DNA of 64,000 bases, taken from contig SMSO01000031.1 of the NCBI GenBank assembly GCA_004764695.1, positions 2,580,436 through 2,644,435 of the forward strand, read 5' to 3'. The DNA is from Schizochytrium sp. TIO01. Taxonomy: Eukaryota > Protista > Bigyra: Labyrinthulomycetes. Of this stretch, positions 24,276 through 38,478 are shown in pieces; the first letter of the stretch is position 1, and every line of letters starts with the position of its first letter. The notes below the pieces were generated by a model. The model searched no databases. It had not been told where the DNA came from and saw only the letters and a program-made list of their open reading frames with translations. Made by a program: the position numbers and the translations under genes.

Positions 24276-24669
24276 GTACAGACAGCAGCGGCACTAGCAC
24301 ATGGATCAGTCTGTAGCAGGACAGGCGTTCTTGACTTTTACGATGATTCCCATTACCCCCGCAATTAGCAAAGTAAAGTCTAGCTGGGACCCATATCAGG
24401 AAGAACCATCATCTGCGGAGATACTTCTTTTCACCCCCTCGGAGAAAGCCTCCGCAGCGCCTAAGATGGAACGCGCCTTCCGACAGACAAGAGATCGATC
24501 CGCTCGTGCGAGGCAGCTCCGCAGTAATGAATGCAGTGCCCGTACCGCCACTGCTACTGCCACTGCTAACGAGCGCTAGCTAGCCATGCACAATGCTACG
24601 CTTTCTCCTAGCTACTTTGCGCCCAAAGGATCTGCCGCCTCTCTCGTGATAGTCTCCGCTTCGTCTGTA

Positions 24670-24685
24670 TCTTTCTTTCTTTCTC

Positions 24686-24734
<49 letters not shown>

Positions 24735-24736
24735 TT
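24670..24736. repeat. Imperfect (TTTC)n microsatellite
   Basis: Read directly from sequence. Confidence 0.9.
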
Positions 24737-25445
24737 TGGACTCTATTTCTATCACGTTTTGAGAGAGCACTCGCTGACTGAGGGTATCTTTTCTGCCGCC
24801 GTCTGCCAGGAGGGAGGGAGGAGGACCAGCCGCAGCGAAGTTGTTACCACGCACGCAGGCAGGCAGGAAGGAGCGACCTTGGTTTCTTCAGAATGAGCGT
24901 TGCCCCGGCAAGAGGTTCTCGCCCCACCTGTTGAACCCGAGTTGCCTCAACTGTGATCTGCGGATCCTTCGCTTCGCGTTACTCTACAGGTTCTCATTCC
25001 AATCGAGCTATCTATCTATATCCCTCCAATCATACTCATGGCCAACTTTGTGAACTAACTGGCCGACTAGTAGATAGTAGCTAGCTAGTTATAGCTGAGC
25101 AGCTAGTTATGAGTCATGAGTCATGGACGAGGCTGAGCGCTTCAAGTTCGAATCAATCCAAGGTCTCTCTCTCCCTCTCTGTGTCTGTCTCTCTGTAGAC
25201 AGAGGCCGCTGCAAAGAAGAAGATGAAGAAGAAGAAGAAGCGGAGCAGAACCAGCGCCAGAAGGAGTCCAAGCAGGACGCCGGTGGTACCAAGAAACTGA
25301 AGGCAACCGTGAGCGGTTATTTTTGGCGTGAGCTTCTTCTTCTACCCACCGAGCTTGCGCTTGCGCTTGCTTGCTTGCTTGCTTGCTTGCTGTACAAAGG
25401 ATATTGAGTTGATGGGCCATTGCAAACCTCTGCTTACGCGAGCGA

Positions 25446-25515
25446 GAGTGAGTGAGTGAGTGAGTGAGTGAGTGAGTGAGTGAGTGAGTGAGTGAGTGAG
25501 TGAGTGAGTGAGTGA
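25446..25515. repeat. (GAGT)17 microsatellite
   Basis: Read directly from sequence. Confidence 0.97.
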
Positions 25516-28500
25516 CCGTGAGTGCGTTCCGTGGATTTGCTTCGCCAGCCGGAGCCTGCGCCTCCGCATGATGAGTCAATGCACGCCGACTAAATCGCGA
25601 AGTTTGGAGAGCAGCACAGCACACCACTGCCTCGAAAGATAGTTTAACTGACTGAGATGTTCAATTCAAACAAAGAAGTCAACAAACTAATCCTCCATCG
25701 GCAACAAATAAAATACCCACTGAAAAAAGCAGAAAGGAACGACAAAGAAAGCTAGCAAGATTTTTATGGAATCTCCTTGCTAGAGTTCGTACTACAGGGT
25801 TGTGAGGGCCCTCGGTCAGGTTTTCCCTAATTTCACTCGAGCTCACCGCAGGAGGACCCAATTCAGTACACTTCTTCTGTCAGCCGCTCTGATGAGTGAG
25901 TTTTTTCAAGTAGTCAAATAGCCAAGATGTAAGATGAGAGATTTTGAAAGAAGCCTTTCGCTTCTTTCAAATCCAAGCCCTCGTTCTTGTTCTCTTATTC
26001 ATATTCTTCCCTCCTGCCTGGTCTAATAAGAAAAGCAGCAGCAGACAGGGTTATCCAAAGAAACAGAGAAGGAAAGAGAGAAAGGAAACAAAACGCAAGC
26101 ATCGATCGGTTTGAAACAAAGCAAGGTTGATTGCGTTGGGGTGCAGAAGGATACTCGCCGTCGTTGGCGCCATGAAGGTGCTGAAAACGGCCAGTATAAT
26201 AGTAATAAGAGGCGGCGTTGGCAACAGTTTTGGTAGCAAGTTGTCGATGGAGAGCATGGCGCCTTCCTCCTTTCCCATTCCCATGAAACTTCCATTTACC
26301 CTGGCACTCGTAGTAGATTGAGACAAGCAGTAATACGAACTTGATCTCCCTTTATAAGTATTTTTTAAGTTTAAAAAATTGAGAAAATAAATTGATTATA
26401 ATAAAGCAAATATTTATTAAATAAAATAAAATAAAAGGGAAGGCATTAAAAAAAAACAAAAAAACAAAAAAAACTTAAATGAGTTATACTTACTATCAAC
26501 AATATTAATACAAAAAAATGGAAAAGGAAAACTCTGAGGGCAGACGTCTTAATAAAGTCTATCATCAAATCTCTATATTGACATTCGCCATTCTTTTGCA
26601 CTGCAACCATAAGCTATTCAGAAAATTCCGTGCCCTACTTTACGGTAGCAACATGTGCCAATAATTAATAGTTTTCTTTGTTTTTTGTTTTTGCAAATAG
26701 ACCAGCGCAATGCATCATTAGCACTAGCTCATGATTGAGGCCGCAAACAACAACAACGGAGAAAAAACGAATAAAAAAAACTCACCTTATCGGCAAACCC
26801 CCGTAAAAAAGCCCTCTAAATGTTATCCCCAGCGACCAAGAACAATAATAACACGAAATTTACATAAAGCACACTTCAAAAAGGGGCAAAAAGCATAAAA
26901 TATCATCACGTCTACTCAATTATGATTGGAATAAGTGTCGACTCATGCTTAAACATCTCTTCTTCTAAAAACATAACAATCACTCTGATGAAGCATTTGC
27001 TGTAGCTATGCAAGGCTAGAGTTCAACATTAATTTTAGTAATGCACAATTTCGTATATTTTGCACACACGAAATGCATAAGACCGAAATGATCTCCCCCC
27101 AATTACAGCCTCAGATGCAGAAAAGTGTAACAGTGTCAACCAGTCTCTTTAACAAGTTTGTGGATCAGCTCGTGCCGTCGTACATATCGTGTCCATAGTT
27201 TGTTTATAATTGCAGTAGGGAACCTTGGCAAAGACAAGCTCTTTTGATATTGGCGATGTTCTCATCTCAGTGGATTTTTCAACATGAACCACTTACTGCG
27301 CTCGAGCTGGCTTATAGGAGTTGAACTAGACTGAGAATTTTCTCATCTAATACACAAAAACTCGTCAGAGATACGACAAGACACATCTCTGTTGTGCATT
27401 TAAAATATGACTTGAAATCCAGCGAGTAGTTCTCTACGATAGGATAGTCTAGCTACCAAGAGAATCGTTAAGAAAAAGAAGAAGATCTTTTATGATATTT
27501 CTGGATATGTCTATGAATGAAATATATGATTTGAAATAGTAGACGTCATCTGCTCTTCGTACAGAAACAAACCAAACATCCAAACATGAATTTCTTTTTG
27601 AAAAGCTATGGTAGCAAAACTTTGGGAAATAAGAATACCTACCCATGCAGCATCACTCGATCTTCACTTTACTTTCCCGAATTATACACTCTATTAAATA
27701 GATAGAGAGCTCAATCGCCATTATTTTGGCTCGCTCCTTGTCAATAAAGGAAAACGATATGTGAGGGAAGCACAAATCATAATTTTGACATCAACATCAG
27801 CTGATACCGGGAAGACCGAATTGATTATTATACAAATTGGGAATTTTACTAAACTTGTCCCATTTATTCTCTCAATCCAATCTTAAATAGATCTCACATG
27901 ACACAAACAAAAGAACAAAGCTAGCTCTATAGCCTGTTTGAAACGTTTTCTTGATAAAGTACAATAACACCATGCTTCTCTGAAACACAGAAGCGAAGGT
28001 TTGTGAATAAATAACATCCCTGCTCACGCGTGAGAAAGCCCGAAATTTATTGATGATGACATCGAACTTCGCCTAGCACAACGTACAGCATTTTATAAAT
28101 TAAATCAGTATAATAGGAATATATTACGTTTACATTGTCAGTTAAAGAAAACATGCTATACCTGCAACTCGTTACACCAGGAACTTGTCTGAGTATGACT
28201 GTCCGCTCAATCGGGTGTGAATGAGAACGCCTTTACTATTAGGTGACACTAGGTTCGATCTACTGAATCAGACAGACAAATTGCAGGGAAAATGAGGTCA
28301 ATGGGGGTACCCGTACCTTTCTCGTGTTGTCCGAAAAGCCTTCCAACAGAAGCCAGGAATTAATTTGACATTATTATTTTTAAAATGTGCATTTTGTGCA
28401 TTGGAGAAGATCTCGACAAAACCTCAAAGTAATTAATTATTTATATGATCTCTCAAACCGGAAACTCTCGTTCTCTGCAAGAAACTATTCGAATACTTTC

Positions 28501-30540
28501 AAAGCGATAAAAATTAAAAACAAATTATATTAATTTAAATGAGAACGACAGAGAGAACAATGAAATGCTTTTTAAAAAAATATAAGTAAATTATTTTTAT
28601 TTAACCTTAATTTAAAGTATAAAGTGTTCCTCAAGAAGAAAAATAAATCAGAAAATAGATCAGAACATTATTATTGTTCTTATTATTAAAATAACATGAA
28701 TGAATAATGATACACTGGAAAGAAAAAAAAGAAAAAAACATCACATAACAGAACACCTGAGAGAATAGGCCCTGGGGGTGTGTTGAGCACTTTCATCCTA
28801 TCTCTCTCTCTGTTGACTTTGGATCATATTGGCTCCGATCCCACAGCTTTTGCTCTAAGTTGTATAGCACTGCAGTCCACTCGGTCGCTAGACAAACTGC
28901 TTACTTAACAATAGAGAAACCCTATGCCTTCGACTTACTTCTCCAATCAGACTTGGGGCAGGGGTCGCCAACAAAAGTTCTCTCCGGCGTTTACTCTTAC
29001 TATAACTAGGTTTCACGTTCTCTTCTTTGCCTTCGTTTTGTTCACTCCTCTGCTACTTTCTTTTCAAAATGTTTGAAAAGGAACTCTTTGAAAAGCTTAA
29101 GAACAACATTTTAAAAGACACAGGTAAAATTGATCAAAGATTTTTATACAAATGTATATTTTTATTAGAAAGCACAAAGGGGTTTGTTTTCAGCTGCATT
29201 ACTTCTCCCACTCACGATGGGGAATGTACGTTGCTGTAATCGTGGGGAAGGCAATCGATATTTTTGGACAAAGAAAAAGTCTAGTAAGAGCGTTCTTTAA
29301 ATCTTGCACATTGCTTCACCCCCTTAAATTTTTTGTTCTAAATTACAGAGACACTACCGAGTACACTTTGGCCGGCCAATGTAAGTATCAAATCAGCAGA
29401 GAATAAGTCTTACCAACATCTTTAAGCTTTTGCCCATATAACAGGGTGCATGTTCTATTTATGGCTTCTGATCGTCTTGAAGTGCAATAACATCTTCTGG
29501 TGGTCTCTCTATTCACTGTGAGACTTTATTTTGTAGAAGATGATTTGGAGCAATATACACATATTCTATTCAAATAAAAAGTATTTTTTAATTTTACTTA
29601 TAAAATGTGTCGGAACGGGCAGAACGCGGCTATTACCGTCGTCGTGGCAGGGTCTCTGTCTCGACATGTGTCGGCTTGCTTGCTCGCTTGCTTGCTTGGC
29701 TGTCTGCGCATTAGCCACCAATTGGAATGTCCGATACGTACGCGTTCGGCGCCGGCGTCATCACGTCTGCGTTTCTTGTGCCCGGTTTGAGTGCTTAGTG
29801 CTTGTTTGCGCACTTCTTCTCCCTCTTTTCCAGATTTCTTGCCCGATTCTTGAGCGGCTCTCGAATCTCGACACTTTTCGTGGCATGGCACGGGCGGCTT
29901 CCTGTGTTCCCAAAATAACTAAAAAAATCTATGGCGTGAGAACGTTTATTATAATTATTTCATTCTAATATATATATAAGTAAATTTGAATTATATAATT
30001 TTGAAAATATTAAAAAGGATTAAAAGAAGAACAAAGTTTATTATTATTATTATGAGCAAAATAAAGATTAAAGAAACTATTTTCTTTTAATTAGACGAAC
30101 AATGGGAAAGAGGAGCGTGACGTTTTACACAGAAGCAAAAGTCTAAAAGATGGCAGCGTTCTATTTCACTCACTTTTCAATGATTAGTGGTTCAATCATG
30201 TTAAACGAAAGTTTTTACGATTTGTTTAATTCGATCGGAAAAGGGTTAAATCAAAACATTGTTTTCATAAATAAAAGAAACGCTAAATCTAAACTAAAAG
30301 AACAACAATAAAACTAAATTTTAGAGATGGTGGAGGGAGATGGTGTGAGCAAGGTCGGTCGTTGTTGCCCTTAATATTAATTATTCGGATTAGATCTATC
30401 TCGCAGAAACTTTAGGGGAACTCGTTGGAAGCAGGCTCTCTCCGTACGTCCTTACCCAGGGTTGAAGTGTTTTCAAGGTTCCAAGAGGGCTGAGAATACA
30501 CATGTAAGCAAACGAGCAAGCGCAAGCAAAAGCCAAGGTC

Positions 30541-30603
30541 GGCCGAAGCAGGCCGAAGCAAGCCGAAGCAAGCCAAAGCAAGACTAAGCAAGACCAAGCA
30601 AGC
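30541..30603. repeat. Degenerate 10-bp tandem repeat (RGCCGAAGCA-like) x6
   Basis: GGCCGAAGCA GGCCGAAGCA AGCCGAAGCA AGCCAAAGCA AGACTAAGCA AGACCAAGCA. Confidence 0.85.
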
Positions 30604-33600
30604 TAGTAGCTGCCACATTAGCATTCTCCCTCAGACCCCCATGAGCTGTGGTTGGCCAGGAAGAGCTCTCTCTGTAGACTACTAGCACTTCAATAGGTAC
30701 TTGCTTGCCGACTTTCCCTAGTACTGCTCCGCAGAGTGGTGCTTGAGTGGGTAGTACCTACCTACTGGATGGCTAGTTAAGTTTTCATCTGTAGAACAGA
30801 AAATCAAACCTAAAAGGCCCTACATATTTACTATGACTTGCTAGCTAGCCGGTAGTCCATCTTCTGCAAGCAGACCTTGGCAACTAACTCCTCAGACCCG
30901 GCGGGGATAAAGCTGATGATCAAGTCTCCGCCGTAATTCGAGACACCAGAAAGCTCACAATTTAAGTATAAGTTTCATTCTTGAGAAAAGTAAGTTCGAG
31001 GGACTGAAACAACACTATTGGAAGCCTCATGTCGAACCTCTGCGTCTAATCTCTGAGTTCTGCTCAGCTACAGCTGGCTAGCTACCAGGCCGAGATTACT
31101 TACAGGCTGGAGCGCTTCTCTTCTCCTCGTGCAAACGGCGGGGAAGAGGAGGCCTGGCTGGGCCTCTCGATGCTCCACCCATTCATTGCTGCGCCCATCC
31201 ATCCTCACCAACCCACGCAGTAGCGGCTCCCGGCAGAAAGAAAGGCCCTCGACCAGACTGGCACCTACGCTTCTTTCAGTCTTGAGGAATTTCGCTCCTC
31301 GAGAACCAATTCGCTTGAAAACCAAAGCTGTTTTCGCCTTACTTGCCAGCTTCCCATCGTGTTTCCTTCTTCAGCTCAGGCTGCTGCCTCCAATAGCTTC
31401 TCGATGAGCCGAACTCCAAGAACAGGTACAATCTCAAAGTGTCTTGTGCCTCTGAATAAGGCAAGCGGTGAGAACTCCTCCTCCTTGTTTGTTTGTTCTC
31501 CTCTGGAGGCAGGTAAGAACGCGAACGGCCTGCATGGTAGTCAACTATTAGGCCCTTGGTAGAACTTTTTTGAATTGCGGAAGAACTGATGCTGTTGTGC
31601 AATCAATATCAGCGAGCATCTAGCTAGCTAGCCTTGCAGCCCAAGACCTGACCTGAATCCTGCGATAATGAATGGATGGCTGACCTTGAACTGCTCACCT
31701 CCAGGCACGTAATTTCTGGGTGGCTCTATCCATCGCATGTCACCTGGCGTGCCTGAATGAGAGGCCTTGCAAAAAAAAAAAGGGTTCTCTGATTCGCTTG
31801 GATGCAATCGCAGGTGCGCGGTTCCCATGGTTCTATTTCTCATGATGATTATTTTTAAAAAATATTCTTTTTTCTTTGTATATATTTCTCAACTCAACCA
31901 TCACTATACTAAAGAAAATTAAAAAACACAGATTAATCATGAAAAAAAAAAATCTAAGCGAGGAACAGCGGGCAGCCCCAGCTCGCGAGCCTGCGTCGGC
32001 CTCAGCTCCGGCCCACGGCATTTATTAGCTCGTTTCCCCTCGCATGCGCACAGCTCCAGGGTGGAAGTATTCAAGGAGGCCTACACGCGGACCTGGCCTC
32101 GCCAGGAAGCCTCTCTGTTACTACTCCAACAAAGCTCGCTCACTCGCTCACCATCAAGAGTGCTTGTGCACTAGGGGCCTAATCAGGCATTTGCCTAGGG
32201 GGCGATTTTCAAATTCAAAGTCAGAAAAGTGATGAGGTCCTACCAGTACTGCCTAGCCAGAGGTAGGTAGGTACCCACCTAGTGCTGAGCACGCACTTCC
32301 ACCAACAACTTCAGATTAAATGCGACGATCGTCATGGGTCCTTTGATTCGTATTCATAGTACACACCTTTCGCTTTAGGGCTAGGCAGAGGAGACTCCGC
32401 TAACGCAGTAGGTACCTGCGCTCCAGCCCTAAGAGAGAACCTAAATCGCAGGGATTGTCTCGAAAACACGTTGGCCTCGTAGCGACAGGCAAGCCACAAG
32501 CAGGCAGAGGAGGCTCCGCAGTGCTGGATGCCGGTGATACATATATATGCGTGTGCATTTGCTTTTTCTTTTTCAGAAGCAACCAACAGCACTTCTCGCC
32601 GACCTCGACGCTGTCTGAGAGCAAAGAACTGAAAGCAGCAATCGATTGATGGCCTGCTTACAGAATCTAAAGGGCGCAGGCACGTAGCATTAAGGTACCT
32701 AGCGAGGCAGATTCTCGACGGAGGAGGGCCAAGTGCCAGAAGAGAGCAGTCAGCTTCTATTTTGAGAACCATCGGTTGATTCTTCTTACTGGCGCTGGCG
32801 AAGCGTTAAGTGTTGGCGCCACGCTGCGCCTTCAGAGCGGAAGGCCAGCTCAGGCAGACAGACAGACAAGAGAATAGATAGGTGGTACCTCCTTGGCGCG
32901 TCTTTGGTTCTATTCGCGGTTGTTACGCAACTGCCAAAGCATCGAGAATTCGAGTTCAACGTCGCTTGCACGAGAACTGTGCGGTTAGGATGTTCAAAAG
33001 CAAAAGAGTTTTTGTTCTTTTTTTTCGAGTTGGCAGTTTCTACCTGCTGGGTACCAGCCTCGGCTTGCAAAGAGAGGAAACGAGAGATTATTTCGATGCA
33101 CCTCCAAGCTTCTTTGAGGAGGAACGGAAGAACAGAGTAGGGAAACCACCAAATCATTTTAATGCATGCTCAGCTATTTCTTAAACTTGAAAAAATAAAA
33201 TAAAAATCAAACAAACTATTCTATAGGAATATTTTTTTAAAAAATATATATATACACTACGAGGCAGTACTGATTTACTATGTCGAGATTCCTACGCATG
33301 CCTGACTCGCTGGCTCGCCGTCTGGCTCGCTGTCTGCGCGTGGTCACGAGTTGCTGTGTATCAATCACCATAGTTGGCCAAAATTAGGTCTACTGTATGT
33401 AAATCGAAACTGTAGGCCGACACCAAGAAGTAAATGCCAGGTTTCCCCTGCCGCAAAGGGAGCTCAGCTAGCTAGAACTTCAAGTGTCCGTCAGGGACAC
33501 ACTCCGACGAAGGAGGAGAAGGAGGAGGAGTCGGAGTGCGTCGCTTCCCTGCGGTCTCCGTCGGAAAGTGCCCCTCTGCTCGAGTCTGCGCCTCTTTCTC

Positions 33601-33628
33601 CAGCCTCCCGCTCGCTAAACTCTGTTTG

Positions 33629-33686
33629 ATTGTTTGTTTGTTTGTTTGTTTGTTTGTTTGTTTGTTTGTTTGTTGTTTGTTTGTTT
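33629..33686. repeat. (TTTG)n microsatellite
   Basis: Read directly from sequence. Confidence 0.93.
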
Positions 33687-35505
33687 ATTTTCTTGGCCTC
33701 GAAGCTGCTTCCCCCGGAAAGCATATGGCAGACTCGCAGTGAGCGAGATTGAGGACACTGTCTCAGCGCATCAAAACGGCCAGCTTCCTGAAGTTCACCT
33801 CAGCGCGACTATTCACGTAAGCAGACCTTTCCATAGTAAGCAAGCAGTATAAGAACGCAGGAAGCAAGGGAGGGAGGGCCTCTCTATTGAAATGGGACCT
33901 GCTGCCTTGGAGATAGATGTTCATGTGCCTTGGTCTTGCTGGTGCGGGGGAGTTGGTCAAGCTGAGATTAGGGCTCTCTCTCTCTCTCTCTCTCTCCTCC
34001 TGCGTCCTCAGGCCAGCCAGCCAGCCTTGCAGCCTTGAGCAGGACGATGGATCCGGAGCATAAAAGATCAACGCCTCCAGCTTCTTGAAAACTCCAGGCT
34101 TGATCTTGTGCCAGCCAGACGCGATATTGAGCCCACATAGAGCTTCCACACCGACGTGCGTAGCGGTAGGCACCTACCTCGCTCCACATAGCTGAGCAGC
34201 CAGCCAGGCAGCCAGGCAGCCAGGGATTCTTTAACTTCTCTTCGAAGTCGAGATAAGACGTGTATCGTGGGAGTAGAACGTGGCGTGCCTGTAGAAAATC
34301 AAGGAAGAAAGATATGGTTTTTGTTTTTTTGCACGACTCTTCACCATGCGATTTTAAACTTTTCCGGAGTTCACCTTCTTTTCAGACCAAAGAGCTCGAA
34401 ACGGCAACGTGATCTTATTTTGCTATACGTTGGCCAGCTGCCTATGCCTGACGGCCTTCATTCGAAGGAGGCGGATGAGGGAATGCAATGAGAAATGGTC
34501 TTCATTCTGAACTCCTCGTGATGGCCAATGTCAATGTTCGCAATAATCAGATGATCAGATCGAAGAACAACACAACCTCGTGCGATATAGATTAGTTTAG
34601 TTCACCCTCGTTGTTTTAAGTTCGTCTTTTGGATAACAATTTGAGATTGGAACACGAGACAGAGATTTCGTGTCACCAGTACTTTTAGGGGCCTTGAAAC
34701 TTCTTGCTGCTTGACCCCGCCTTGCCTGGCCTCCTCACGTCAGTGTAGTGTCGGACCTTCTTCAGCGGTCTGCGTTGGGACCAGCCCATTCAACCACCCG
34801 ATGCAGCGGCGGCGCGATCTTATCTCTGGTTTGCGAGAACTAACTCCTCACCGTCCAGGGTCCTTGAAGTCGAAGAAGGAGCCCTCAAAACTCTACACTT
34901 ATTTGCCTTTTCTGCTTTTTCCTGCTCTCTAGAGAGTACCAAATACCAAAGGTTCGTACTAGTAAATCTAAGCCCAGTCACGAGAAACACGACAAAAGAT
35001 TTATACATAGCTACTAATCTACAAATCTACTAATCTACTAATCAATCAATCAAAGAAACAAACTCCACGAGATCATCGAAGATAGGCCCTGTCTTTCTCT
35101 CTCATTGGACCACGGTACTGGTAACACAAACCGCGTACTCAATAAAAATGTCATAGGAGGCCTCCAAGTTCACTTTGTGCTTTGAATAGTGCTTTGAAGT
35201 TTCTTGATGGACCCAAGCAGACAGGCCGCCATCATGGAGATGGAGCGCGAGAGACTGTGTGAGGAACAGAGTCGGCGACTCTGAGCGGTGAGTGAGTGAG
35301 TTCGTTCGTGCGTGAGTCATTCTTGGAGGAAGTGGACTAGAGCAGAATGGTCGAAGCTCGAGCGTGGCATGGAGTTCGGAGATCGCCGCAGTGCCGGAGA
35401 CTTTTGAAATATCCGTGGCACTGGTCTCGAGACGGCCAGCCAGACAGCCAGCTACCTATTCGGGTAGTTAGCTTCTTAGCAGGAAGTTTATCCAGACATG
35501 CTCTT

Positions 35506-35540
<35 letters not shown>

Positions 35541-38478
35541 CTTCAATCCTTCAATCATTCGTTTATCCATTTGTTCGCTCATAGGCACCAGCTAGCGATG
35601 TTAGTGGGCTTTTCTACTTCTCGTTAGTGGTTCGCTAGCTGCATATCTGATCTGGGATGACAACGAGACTTTTGCTTTCTCTGTCTTTATGTTCACTCGT
35701 CTCGCGCGGTGATTCCTGCCGGGGAGCCCGATGAAAGTTGGTGAACTGGGAAAAGAAAAAGGAACTCCGATGTTGCGGATAATTTAGAAACGCCTCGATA
35801 GATGGTGTTCTTGCGCGTTTTTCGAAATGTAATACTCTGAGGGCAAGAATAATTTGCTTGCTTTCACTACTCTTACATTGATCGCTGTTGTTCTTCATCG
35901 GTTTGTGTCCTTGCAGGCTTAGTGTTCTTCTGTTCTATTCTTATTCTTCATTCAAACAAACATGTTCTATTTTATTAAATTTAACTATTTTTTACTTTAT
36001 CCCACTGAGAACACTCATTTATATTTTTTAATCATATTTTTTTAATCTGCATTATATATATTTTTTTAGTAAAGAAAAGAACACGATAATTGGCGAAATT
36101 AAAAACAAAATTATTATTATTTTTCTTTTTAACACAACGTTCCAAAAGGTCTGTAAAAACGGAACGAAATAGTGAAAGGGTTTGCCTTTATAAAAATAAA
36201 AAATAATAATAATAATTAATAAAAAGTAAAATGATGTCATTTTGTTTTTATGTTCTAAAGTTTAAAAAAGTAAAAGTTATGTTAAATGAAAAATAAGTCT
36301 TATCGTTAGTAAACACTCTAAGCACTTCCAGCCAAAAGTATAGCGCTACTAGGCCTTCTACGCATGGTGACTTAGTTGGTAATCTACCATGTGCTTGCAC
36401 CGTAAACCTTCTAACCCAGGGTTCTCAACACGGCCCTCACCCGGCAGGTAGTCGGCTTGACGTCCCCGCTTCGACGAATTCGACAAAGAGCAGGAGGAGG
36501 ACTACCGTCGATGCGTGCGTTTGCCCATCTCATCTCTCGCCAAAGATGAGCGCCTGCGTCGCAACGAACTGCGAAGGCGCAAGGTTGCGACCCCTCTCAT
36601 GGTTCGAGCGAATGTGGAAGCCTCAATCGAATGAACAACCCATGAAGCAATGGATAATGCTCGAGTCTGCTGACAAATTGAAAGATTGATTCGCGTTTAT
36701 CATGCTTATGTGGTACACCCATCGCGAAGCATTATGCGGCTTCAACATCATGCAAAGAGAGCGCATGAAAAAATTGAAAGAAGAAATAAGGCTCAACCCT
36801 CGATGCATTGCATTGCCTTCAAAGCAATCAAAGCAAAGCCCGAGCAGGAGCCGAAATTAATGCAGTGTCTGAAGGGCCAGTCTGCATATCAGGAGCCATG
36901 CATGCTCGAACTCGCTTGTCCTCAAGGCAGCAGGCTTTCTTCAGTTCCATCCAGGGAGTGAGGGAGGGAGTTCCTCTCTCGTTTGTCCTATGTCCACCGC
37001 CACGCTCTGACACGAACTGTGTATCCATTTTAAGAGTTCGAAAATCTTACTCTTGCTTTATTTGTTCAATTGATTGCTTTCAAAATAATCAAAATGCAGC
37101 TGAACGTTGGCTTCTCTGATTGTTTGATTGTTTGACTGTTTGTTTCTGTATGCGTTGTAAGCTGTATCGGTGCTACCTGGAACGAGTGGGTTGTGTTCGT
37201 TGCGAAGAAGCTGTAGCAATGAGTTTACTCTGAGACAATTACAGCAGATTAGCAACCAGGTAAAAGCTGCTGCTTCGCAAATCGTCGCGTACTGAATCAA
37301 CTTGGAAAGACTAACCTGCTTCGCAGCTACAATTATGAGTTAGCAAGTGGAAAAGAAAACAATTCTTCAGAAGTAGTAGTGGTACGTACTCATCGCCAGT
37401 CTTCCTCGCCTGCATACCTAAGAAAAGAAGAAACGAAGCACCAGTAGGTACATATTGGTTTTCTCTATCTTGTTGTCTTTACCTGTTAAAAAAAATAAAA
37501 CAAAACAGACAAACAAACAAAAACATAGGCTTCATCCTCTTCTTTTCTGTTGATAGATGAAATGATAACATGATCAAAAAGATTGAGACACTCTGACGGA
37601 AAACCGTTCAAATCTGTAAGAAAATCGATCGCGGGAGAGAGGTCGGAGATCTTTGCGTCAGTACCATCCCACCTAAGGGTGTTGGGGAAAGAAGATCCCT
37701 TCTGCTTTCCAGAGTTTGCCATGAAGGAAGGAAGCTTGAGTACAAGGGAATTTTCGAAATGAAGCCAAAGGTTCAGAAGGAAGCAAATGCAACCTCAGCG
37801 ACAGGACCGCGTCAGGAAGCCATGCCGGCAAGACACTTTGAATGCCTGCAGCAATGCTATATCAAGTGCCGACACTTAGTCTGCGGCCAGCCAGCCCTAC
37901 TAACCTCTAAAAAGCCGCAGGCTTGGCAAGTGGACAAATAATTGGTATTTCTTCATTCACTCAGCCTTTCAAGTCAACGAGATGCTCTTTTCCTTTTCCA
38001 TTTCCTTTTTCCGTTTGTGCAAAAGCTCCATCAATTTCTTTATCTTGATCTCTCAGAACTTGAGTGCCAAATGAGTAAGTACAGGAAAGTACTTCTACAG
38101 GTAGCAAAGAGGCGTGGAACAGCTTGCGAACGTGGGACTAAAGGTATCGTCTTACTTCCCTTATATGCATATGGATCACATTAGTATAATTGCTTAATTT
38201 CAAACAATAAACGTGTCGAATATGTGTATCTCTATGAAAGGGGATTCATTCTGAAGGTGGACTGAGCCAATCGGGATCATGATCTTTATAACAATGGCTC
38301 ACTTTGGAATCTTGAGACCACCGAGCACTCAAAACTTCTCAACCAACTGCTACACCGACCAGAGGCCGACAGCTTTTGCTTCTCTGGCCAAGCCACTAGT
38401 TGGTTGAATAGATAAAGATTATGATACTCACCCATACTAAGAATCTTGGGTACAATTTTGGAGGCTTGGCACTGGATT

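Noticed and set aside
25568-25655. C/D-box-like ATGATGA...CTGA (also 32229-32288)
   Set aside because: No recognisable rRNA-antisense guide or convincing terminal stem; expected by chance in 64 kb.
28238-28251. Partial match to the SP6 promoter (TTAGGTGACACTA)
   Set aside because: Incomplete, with no other vector sequence nearby; coincidence.
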